Positions 1 to 6,824 of a DNA stretch of 64,000 bases are shown piece after piece (position 1 is the first letter of the stretch; each line of letters begins with the position of its first letter). The DNA comes from a virus. A program made the translations under genes and the position numbers. The stretch covers positions 1 to 64,000 of the IMG/VR virus record IMGVR_UViG_3300032308_001297. One strand, 5' to 3'. A model generated the notes under the pieces. The model was not told where the DNA came from and made no database searches. It saw nothing but the letters and a program-made list of their open reading frames with translations.

Positions 1-2
1 CT

Positions 3-167
3 GCCAATTTTAAACAGGTATATAATCGCTTAGTTGTGTTTGATGGGAAATCATATCATGGAAGAACAGGTGATAATGTAAAAAGCGAAAGATTAACACA
101 TGTATTCTTTGCTCAACATGTTGATGCTAATATTCCAACTCCATTAAGAAGATTTAAGGTGTTATAA
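3..167 (+). CDS. 3' end of a 2OG-Fe(II) oxygenase-like (DUF6445-type) gene, truncated by the window edge
   Basis: Manual translation ANFKQVYNRLVVFDGKSYHGRTGDNVKSERLTHVFF... aligns with the C-terminus of 828..1451 (YNRLVAFDGATWHGRIGDNRKEDRLCQVFF). Confidence 0.75.
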   Translation, partial: ANFKQVYNRLVVFDGKSYHGRTGDNVKSERLTHVFFAQHVDANIPTPLRRFKVL

Positions 168-429
168 TTTTATCAGCATCTTTTAAAAATGTTTTAATAC
201 TTTCAATAGAGGATTTACATGTCAAATTGTTTCTCTGAAGCTGAACAATTAATTTTGCCACTTGACTATCCGTCAGAGTTTTCCAATTTGGAAACTCCTT
301 CAGAACTGGACAATAATACATCGCCTCAGCCGGATGAACAACCATATATTTGTATGTTGTCACAACCTGAGTCTGTTCATTACAACCAGCAAGCAGCATT
401 ACAAATAATATTAGAAAAATATTTTTCAT
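154..429 (-). CDS. putative outer-membrane spanin (o-spanin lipoprotein)
   Basis: Signal peptide with lipobox LLAGC; overlaps an upstream TM/coiled-coil gene. Confidence 0.7.
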   Translation of the reverse strand: MKNIFLILFVMLLAGCNEQTQVVTTYKYMVVHPAEAMYYCPVLKEFPNWKTLTDSQVAKLIVQLQRNNLTCKSSIESIKTFLKDADKIITP

Positions 430-800
430 GGCCCTAACTTTCTTATTGTTTCTTTAAGGATATCGGAAGATGAACGATCGTTACCCTTACCAACCTCCAC
501 GTCGATTGCAGATTCAATTGTTTTTAGTTTACTGTCTAATGTTGCTCTCTGGGTTTCTAATTTCTTTATCGCTTCATCTTTATTTTTAGAAATTGTTTGC
601 TGCTGTTCGATAAATTTTTCTTTATCTTTGACAGATTGTTCAAGCTGTTTTATGTTGTATTCCTGTAAAGCTGTTTGTTTTTCGAGCTCTACTATTTGAC
701 GATGCTTAGAATACAAACCACCAGCTAGTCCTGCGACAATAATAAGTATAGAAAGCCACTTAATGCTTCCGGATGACACAAGGGATATAAATAATTCCAT
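426..800 (-). CDS. putative inner-membrane spanin (i-spanin)
   Basis: N-terminal TM helix followed by a long coiled coil; start moved to ATG 800 with GGAG SD; paired with the lipoprotein. Confidence 0.7.
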   Translation of the reverse strand: MELFISLVSSGSIKWLSILIIVAGLAGGLYSKHRQIVELEKQTALQEYNIKQLEQSVKDKEKFIEQQQTISKNKDEAIKKLETQRATLDSKLKTIESAIDVEVGKGNDRSSSDILKETIRKLGP

Positions 801-827
801 TTCTAACTCCAAAGGTGTATTTATTTT

Positions 828-1451
828 ATGAAAAATATTCCAACTTTTTGTATTGATGATTTTTACGAAAATCCGGATCAAATACGAGATTTTGCATTAA
901 CACAAGAGTTCAAAAAATTACCCACTTGTCTTGGGCTCAGAACTGCCCCCATGAGCGAAGTTAATCCTGAATTTGATGCTTGGTTTACTAAGAAACTATT
1001 ATCTGTTTTTTATAACGTATTAGATCCATCTTTTAAATATAAAATTAATAATGTTTTTCATAAAAATTATATGAACGAAGTAGATAATTACGCCGATTGC
1101 ACTCCGGATAATTTAATAATGGGTAGCGTTTACGGTAGCGATTATCGAAGTAAAAATAGCGCTCATCTAGATAAAAACCTTTTCTCTGGCGTTATTTATC
1201 TCAACAAAGACGAAGAGATGCATGCTGGTACAGCCATTTACAGACCAGTAAAATATTTTGAAGAACATGACGGTGCATTGTTGCAAGAAACAGGGAGATT
1301 TTCTCAGATTTATAATAGACTAGTGGCTTTTGATGGAGCAACATGGCACGGAAGAATTGGTGATAATCGTAAAGAAGATAGATTGTGCCAAGTATTTTTT
1401 GTGCATCATGTATTCGACGAATCTCCATTACACAAAATGAGAAATTTCTAA
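828..1451 (+). CDS. 2OG-Fe(II) oxygenase-like protein (DUF6445 type)
   Basis: IDDFYENPD N-terminus, HxD (AHLD), GVIYLN, GT, YNRLV..H..R motifs. Confidence 0.7.
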   Translation: MKNIPTFCIDDFYENPDQIRDFALTQEFKKLPTCLGLRTAPMSEVNPEFDAWFTKKLLSVFYNVLDPSFKYKINNVFHKNYMNEVDNYADCTPDNLIMGSVYGSDYRSKNSAHLDKNLFSGVIYLNKDEEMHAGTAIYRPVKYFEEHDGALLQETGRFSQIYNRLVAFDGATWHGRIGDNRKEDRLCQVFFVHHVFDESPLHKMRNF

Positions 1452-1478
1452 TAATCAAAATTATTAAGGGAGCTATAA

Positions 1479-1949
1479 ATGATAAAAATAAACAATACTT
1501 ATAGTATAATAAAAGGTTGGCCAAGAGCTACTTTAAAAATTGCTGAAGGTGCACCTTCAGTGTCAGCATATATCGTAGAAAAACAAAGGCTAACTCCTTT
1601 TAAACTTACTTACGAAGAGTATAAAGTAAGAATAGCTGAAAGATTGGAAATAGAGGAACAAATTAAGATTAACGATCAGTTAGCAGCTGAGGGTAATGAT
1701 CCTGAATTTAAAAAGTTTTACAACGTAAAAAATATGATTTATTCCGACACCACCGATCTTCCCTATCCTTCAGTTTATGATGGAGATAAAATAGAAGAAA
1801 TTTTCAAAGCTGAGACAGAAGTTGAGATAGAGATAGACGATTATTTTAAACAGTTAGTTAGAGATTATTTAGAAGATCCAACTGTTTTAAATAAATCCTC
1901 TCTTGATAAAACCGTTGAAGAACCTATTTGGGTTATTAAGAAAACATGA
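1479..1949 (+). CDS. hypothetical protein
   Basis: 156-aa ORF with GGGAG SD; co-oriented with neighbours. Confidence 0.6.
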   Translation: MIKINNTYSIIKGWPRATLKIAEGAPSVSAYIVEKQRLTPFKLTYEEYKVRIAERLEIEEQIKINDQLAAEGNDPEFKKFYNVKNMIYSDTTDLPYPSVYDGDKIEEIFKAETEVEIEIDDYFKQLVRDYLEDPTVLNKSSLDKTVEEPIWVIKKT

Positions 1950-2176
1950 ATAAAAAAACTATAAAAAATCTGGAGAATTTAGTTCAAGTACCAGAAGACG
2001 TCGTAAGATTGGCAGCAGCTTATATTCCAGAAGATGAAGAAAGCGGTCTTCGTATAGTTTTAGAAGCAGCTGACGATTATATTGCTGCCAATTTGACTCC
2101 TATCTTTATATTAGATCAGGACAATATGGACATAATGGTGATCTGTAAAGAAACTTTCGGAAAAAAATTACACTAA
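1946..2176 (+). CDS. hypothetical protein
   Basis: 76-aa ORF, ATGA overlap with the previous gene. Confidence 0.6.
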   Translation: MNKKTIKNLENLVQVPEDVVRLAAAYIPEDEESGLRIVLEAADDYIAANLTPIFILDQDNMDIMVICKETFGKKLH

Positions 2177-2189
2177 CCAAAAATACTAT

Positions 2190-2220
2190 TTGATTTTTTT
2201 ATCGGGGTATAGTATAAATA
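2190..2220 (+). promoter_or_regulatory. composite sigma70-like (TTGATT-N17-TATAAA) and T4 late (TATAAATA) promoter of pmoC
   Basis: TTGATT at 2190, TATAAATA at 2213-2220. Confidence 0.6.
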
Positions 2221-2300
2221 AACTCAAGAGTGGCGGGAGTAGCCACCAAATTTTAGATGGTTACCAGACCACTTGATCTTTTCTCTATGGAGAATAATAT

Positions 2301-3062
2301 ATGAGTACAGTAACTAATGTTGCAGTAGCAACTGAGTCTAAGGTAGTTGATCTTCGCGGAATGTGGATAGGATTGGGAGTCCTAAACGTATTCTATCTTA
2401 TCGTTAGAATCTACGAGCAAGTCTTTGGATGGCGAGCAGGTCTAGATTCTTTCGCTCCAGAATTTCAGACATATTGGATGTCCATTCTCTGGACAGAGAT
2501 TCCACTTGAGCTAGTTTCAGGACTAGGTCTTGCAGGTTATCTTTGGAAGACAAGAGATCGCAATCTTGCTGCCGTAACTCCTCGCGAGGAGATGCGTCGT
2601 TTGGTTACTCTTGTTCAGTGGCTTGTTGTGTATGCTGTCGCCATTTATTGGGGCGCATCCTTCTTCACCGAACAGGACGGTACTTGGCATATGACTGTTA
2701 TTCGTGATACCGACTTTACACCAAGTCATATTATCGAGTTCTATATGTCATATCCAATTTACTCAATTATTGCAGTTGGCGCATTCTTCTATGCTCGTAC
2801 TCGTATCCCTTACTTTGCTCAGGGATATAGTCTCGCATTCTTGATTGTTGCCATCGGACCATTTATGATCATTCCAAACGTTGGACTCAACGAATGGGGT
2901 CATACTTTCTGGTTCATGGAAGAACTATTCGTAGCACCATTGCATTGGGGCTTCGTATTCTTCGGCTGGATGGCACTTGGTGTGTTCGGCGTTGTTCTCC
3001 AAATTCTAGGGCGTGTTCATGCTCTTGTTGGGCGTGAAGGAGTAGCTCTACTAGCAAAATAA
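2301..3062 (+). CDS. pmoC: particulate methane monooxygenase subunit C (auxiliary metabolic gene)
   Basis: EQDGTWHMTVIRDTDFTPSH (D/H/H metal ligands) and PNVGLNEWGHTFWFMEELFVAPLH motifs; VVDLRGMWIG N-terminus resembles Methylocystis-type PmoC. Confidence 0.97.
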   Translation: MSTVTNVAVATESKVVDLRGMWIGLGVLNVFYLIVRIYEQVFGWRAGLDSFAPEFQTYWMSILWTEIPLELVSGLGLAGYLWKTRDRNLAAVTPREEMRRLVTLVQWLVVYAVAIYWGASFFTEQDGTWHMTVIRDTDFTPSHIIEFYMSYPIYSIIAVGAFFYARTRIPYFAQGYSLAFLIVAIGPFMIIPNVGLNEWGHTFWFMEELFVAPLHWGFVFFGWMALGVFGVVLQILGRVHALVGREGVALLAK

Positions 3063-3090
3063 CCCTAACAAAGGAGTGAAAGGAATGAGT

Positions 3091-3225
3091 ATGAAAAAAC
3101 TTTCTGGATTTTTTATCTTGGTTCTTTCCTGCTTAATACTGCAGGTATCTTTTAATACTTCTTACGCTGCTCATGATGATTCAAACGAAAGCGGCGTAGT
3201 GTATGAAGGATCCGGAGGAAAATAA
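3091..3225 (+). CDS. small secreted peptide (44 aa), not in the ORF track
   Basis: MKKLSGFFILVLSCLILQVSFNTSYAAHDDSNESGVVYEGSGGK; AGGAG/AGGA SD upstream; classical signal-peptide layout; lies before the terminator. Confidence 0.6.
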   Translation: MKKLSGFFILVLSCLILQVSFNTSYAAHDDSNESGVVYEGSGGK

Positions 3226-3232
3226 AATTGTG

Positions 3233-3256
3233 AGGGGGGATTGACTTCCCCCCTTT
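3233..3256 (+). terminator. intrinsic terminator after pmoC and the peptide gene; overlaps a TTGACT -35 box for hsp20
   Basis: AGGGGGGA-ttgact-TCCCCCCT stem-loop followed by a short T run. Confidence 0.55.
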
Positions 3257-3276
3257 CGTATATTATATAATGTATA

Positions 3277-3328
3277 GCGTTGCCGCAAGGAACGCAATCT
3301 TAATCTCGCTGAAAAGGAGAAACAAATG
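3277..3328 (+). promoter_or_regulatory. ROSE-like RNA thermometer in the hsp20 5' UTR
   Basis: Hairpin GCGTT-G-CC-GCAA-GG-AACGC, then TCTC(G)CT-GAAA-AGGAGA pairing the SD with a bulged G (UCGCU motif). Confidence 0.65.
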
Positions 3329-3778
3329 ACTAATGATGTATTTTCTTTTAATACTGGTAACTTTAACAAATATCTAGTTGGATTTGATAAGGTATTAGAT
3401 ACTTTACATACAGTTGGAGACACTTACGCTAAAGCAGCTTCTCAAACTTGGCCCCCCTACAATATTGTTAAAGAAGATGAAAATCACTACACGGTAGAAA
3501 TTGCTTGTGCTGGTTTTGGTAAACAGAACCTTGACATTGAACTTGCTAATAATACTTTGGTTATTAAAGGCGGTTTTACTTTAGATGATGTAGATCCTAT
3601 TACAAATCCAGTTCAGTATCTATATAAAGGTATAGCTGATCGTGTATTTACTCGTAAGTTTACCCTAGCAGATAATGTAGAAGTGAAAAATGCTGAATAT
3701 ATTAATGGTCTTTTGAAAATATATTTGGAGCACATGATTCCAGAAACGCATAAAAGTCGCAAAGTAGATATTAAATAG
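3326..3778 (+). CDS. hsp20: small heat-shock protein (Hsp20/IbpA family)
   Basis: WPPYNI, EIACAGF, YLYKGIADRVFTRKFTL, NGLLKI motifs. Confidence 0.95.
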   Translation: MTNDVFSFNTGNFNKYLVGFDKVLDTLHTVGDTYAKAASQTWPPYNIVKEDENHYTVEIACAGFGKQNLDIELANNTLVIKGGFTLDDVDPITNPVQYLYKGIADRVFTRKFTLADNVEVKNAEYINGLLKIYLEHMIPETHKSRKVDIK

Positions 3779-3783
3779 TAATT

Positions 3784-3804
3784 GGGGGATTATTCCCCCT
3801 TTTT
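3784..3804 (+). terminator. intrinsic terminator after hsp20
   Basis: GGGGGA-TTAT-TCCCCC-TTTTT. Confidence 0.65.
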
Positions 3805-4359
3805 CTTACAATTATCAAAATGAAATAATTTCATAAGTCCGCCATACCCAATTTTACCGCATTTTGGACATATTCTTTCTTGTTTTTTACGATATTCTGG
3901 ATCTTTCCATTTATTTTTTACGCCTTCTTTTTGTTTATTTAAAACTTCTGGCCTCGACATAATTTCTTTATGATCGATTTTGTTTTTAATTTTAGTTTCT
4001 TTGCATTTGGCTATCGCTTCTGGAGTGTTGCTTTTACTTGTTCCATTATTTCTTTTTGTTTTCCAAGCTAATTTGGCGGATCTAGAATTGCTTCCGCCTA
4101 CACCGTTTTCTTCTACTAAATTCGCCCATTCTGGGGATTCTACAATATCCCATAGTCTAGAATAATAGATACATTTTTGTTTGAAAATTTCTATATCATC
4201 AGATTGAAATAATATTTCAGTATTTACGTCGTATCCATGTTTATTAATATGTCGTTTCCAATGCGTACCAGAACCTTGATATGTATAAGGATTGTGTTTG
4301 GTTTTGCCGAGGTATTTTAGACCAGTTTTATTGTGAGTTTTTACGTATAAATATTGCAT
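3790..4359 (-). CDS. free-standing GIY-YIG homing endonuclease (Seg-like)
   Basis: YLYVKTHNKTGLKYLGKT...YQGSG...WANL catalytic domain; basic linker; C-terminal CPKCGK..HFDNC module; opposite strand to its neighbours. Confidence 0.85.
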   Translation of the reverse strand: MQYLYVKTHNKTGLKYLGKTKHNPYTYQGSGTHWKRHINKHGYDVNTEILFQSDDIEIFKQKCIYYSRLWDIVESPEWANLVEENGVGGSNSRSAKLAWKTKRNNGTSKSNTPEAIAKCKETKIKNKIDHKEIMSRPEVLNKQKEGVKNKWKDPEYRKKQERICPKCGKIGYGGLMKLFHFDNCKKKGE

Positions 4360-4425
4360 GCTGATGCTCCTCTTTAGCATTAGAGTAGGTAGGGATTGCA
4401 GTCCCGTGACCTACACCTATTTAGT
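4360..4425 (-). promoter_or_regulatory. late promoter (ACTAAATA) and structured leader of the homing endonuclease
   Basis: Minus strand: ACTAAATA; GTAGGT..GGGA-ctgcaa-TCCC..ACCTAC; CTAATGCT-aaagagg-AGCATCAG covering the SD. Confidence 0.55.
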
Positions 4426-4442
4426 CAAAAAAGGATTTTACT

Positions 4443-5108
4443 ATGACTACATTTAAAGAAGCATTCGCTGCTGCGAAAAAATCAGGTAAAGAGACATTCG
4501 TATACGACGGTAAACTTTATAGCACTGAAGTTGCTGTTAAAAATGCTGATGAAAATGATCATCTAGATGTTCTTAATACATCAAAAGTTGAAACTACAAA
4601 ATCAGTTAAATTAAAGAAGAACGTATGGCCACTACAGAGTCAGCTACTTTCTCTTTATGGTTCGCCAAGTTACGTAGTTCCATCATTCAAGAAGAATAAT
4701 ATCGGAGTTGCTGTTCTTCCATATACAATGTGGATGGATAACATTCGTTTCGATAAGTTTGCTATGCATAAGTCATGCGTGGATTCTTTCGTTCGTGTTA
4801 TGACATATATTTGGGAAGCAAACGATAAAGACTACGATAAGATCAAAGCACAACAGCTACATGTATTCTCTGGTTGTTGGAACATCAGAGCAAAGCGTGG
4901 CGGATCTACAGCATCCGTTCATTCATGGGCTCTAGCAGTAGATATTGCTGCTCCATATAATGCTTTGGGTAAAAAGCCAGGATATAACAAATATTCATTC
5001 ACAAATGATTCTTTAATTGTTAAAGCATTTAAGGAAGAAGGTTGGGTTTGGGGTGGCGACTGGTCTAGACCAGATGGTATGCATTTCCAAGCAGCAAGGG
5101 TGGGATAA
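4443..5108 (+). CDS. endolysin, peptidase M15 family
   Basis: SVHSWALAVDI, WGGDWSRPDGMHFQ zinc-peptidase motifs. Confidence 0.85.
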   Translation: MTTFKEAFAAAKKSGKETFVYDGKLYSTEVAVKNADENDHLDVLNTSKVETTKSVKLKKNVWPLQSQLLSLYGSPSYVVPSFKKNNIGVAVLPYTMWMDNIRFDKFAMHKSCVDSFVRVMTYIWEANDKDYDKIKAQQLHVFSGCWNIRAKRGGSTASVHSWALAVDIAAPYNALGKKPGYNKYSFTNDSLIVKAFKEEGWVWGGDWSRPDGMHFQAARVG

Positions 5109-5123
5109 TAACGAAGGTATATT

Positions 5124-6752
5124 ATGAAGATTATAGGTGTTACTGGTTTTCATGACAGCAGTGCTGTATTGTTGCAAGATGGCGAAATAAAATTATTCTT
5201 CAAAGAGGAGAGAATCACCAGAAGAAAAAGAGCATATTCTGCTGTTCAATCTGTAGATAGAATATTACAAAATCACAAAGATATAGATTATTTCGCCACT
5301 TGCGATCCATATAATAACGAAGATACATTCTATAAAACATATTCAAGAATTCATAAATCTGAGATGATAGATTACACATCTTCGCATCATCTTTGTCATG
5401 CTAGTTTAGCTTTTTATAATAGTGGTTTCGATAACTGTCTTGTTTTCGTGATTGATAGAAATGGCTCTGTAATTCATGATATAATGAGAGAATCCGAATC
5501 AGTTTTCGAAGCCTCGTATCCTTGTGAGTTTAAACCTTTACATAAAAATTACTGGCTTAATAACATCGGCGCTGATCACGACGCTGTAATTATTAAAGAA
5601 ATCGAAAAATTTAAATCACAAAATAATTTTACATTTAATATTGATAGTTTAATGAGTATAGTTAAAGTATACGAAAGTGCCACCACTTTAATTGGACAAC
5701 ATCCATTAGAAAACGGAAAAACCATGGGGTTGGCTTCGTATGGAGAAGATAAAGAACATGTAAACTTTTTTATTGATGGCCGACCTATAGATAATTACTT
5801 CATTCAAGATTATTTTACAACAAAATATACAGCTTCTGTTTTACTCAAAAAACATCTTGATAAAATAACCAGAGAAGTAACAAAAGAAAATTATAAATTC
5901 TATGCAGATTACGCTTTTCAAGTTCAGAAACAAACACAGCAAGAGGTTTTAAATTTTGTCTCTGAATGGGTTAACAAAACTGGTATTAAGAATGTTTGTT
6001 TGACTGGTGGATATGCATTAAACGTTGTTTGTAACGAATATCTATTAAGAAATCTTCCTGGTGTTAATTTTTATTTCGAACCATTAGCGGACGATACCGG
6101 CAATAGCATTGGCTCTGCTATGTTGTTACATAGACATTTGACCAAAGATAAAACAATCAGAAAAACCAAACACACATTTTTTCATGGTATAAAAACGCCT
6201 CTACAACATGTGGGTGTAGATTGTAATGTTGATGACATAGTTGAAAAAATTCTAGAACAAAAAACTGTCGCAGTATTTAATGGAATGGCAGAATCTGGAC
6301 CAAGAGCTCTCGGTAATAGATCTATTATCTTTGATGCTCGTAATCCAAACGCAAAAGAAATAGTTAATATAATAAAGAAAAGAGAGTGGTATAGACCTTT
6401 TGCTGGGTTTATGTTAGAAGAATATTTTCAAGAGTATTTTGAGACGCATGGATTAAACAAATCGGAATTCATGACTATTTCTTTTGATTGTAAGAAACCA
6501 AATGAAATTCCAGGTATTGTTCATGTTGATAATTCTTGTAGAATACAAACAGTGAACGAAAATATTCCTCACATAAAAGAATTGCTACTAAGATTTTATA
6601 ATAAAACAGGATGCCCTGCTCTTCTTAACACCAGTTTTAATTTAGCAGGGGAAGCATTAATTGATACACAACAAGAAGCCATAGAATGTTTTTATAATTC
6701 TAATTTAGATGTTCTTTGGTTTCCAGAGATTGGAAAATGTTTGACTAAATGA
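5124..6752 (+). CDS. carbamoyltransferase (NodU/CmcH family)
   Basis: HDSSA..EERITR, HHLCHA, GKTMGLA, GPRALGNRS, KKREWYRPFA, LLNTSFN. Confidence 0.93.
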   Translation: MKIIGVTGFHDSSAVLLQDGEIKLFFKEERITRRKRAYSAVQSVDRILQNHKDIDYFATCDPYNNEDTFYKTYSRIHKSEMIDYTSSHHLCHASLAFYNSGFDNCLVFVIDRNGSVIHDIMRESESVFEASYPCEFKPLHKNYWLNNIGADHDAVIIKEIEKFKSQNNFTFNIDSLMSIVKVYESATTLIGQHPLENGKTMGLASYGEDKEHVNFFIDGRPIDNYFIQDYFTTKYTASVLLKKHLDKITREVTKENYKFYADYAFQVQKQTQQEVLNFVSEWVNKTGIKNVCLTGGYALNVVCNEYLLRNLPGVNFYFEPLADDTGNSIGSAMLLHRHLTKDKTIRKTKHTFFHGIKTPLQHVGVDCNVDDIVEKILEQKTVAVFNGMAESGPRALGNRSIIFDARNPNAKEIVNIIKKREWYRPFAGFMLEEYFQEYFETHGLNKSEFMTISFDCKKPNEIPGIVHVDNSCRIQTVNENIPHIKELLLRFYNKTGCPALLNTSFNLAGEALIDTQQEAIECFYNSNLDVLWFPEIGKCLTK

Positions 6753-6768
6753 TAATTTATAGTATAAT
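6741..6768 (+). promoter_or_regulatory. sigma70-like promoter upstream of the DNA polymerase
   Basis: TTGACT-N16-TATAAT. Confidence 0.55.
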
Positions 6769-6824
6769 GCATAATAGCATCTGTGGGTTCGATTGTGGAC
6801 CGGATAGCGTTTATTGGAGGTTAG

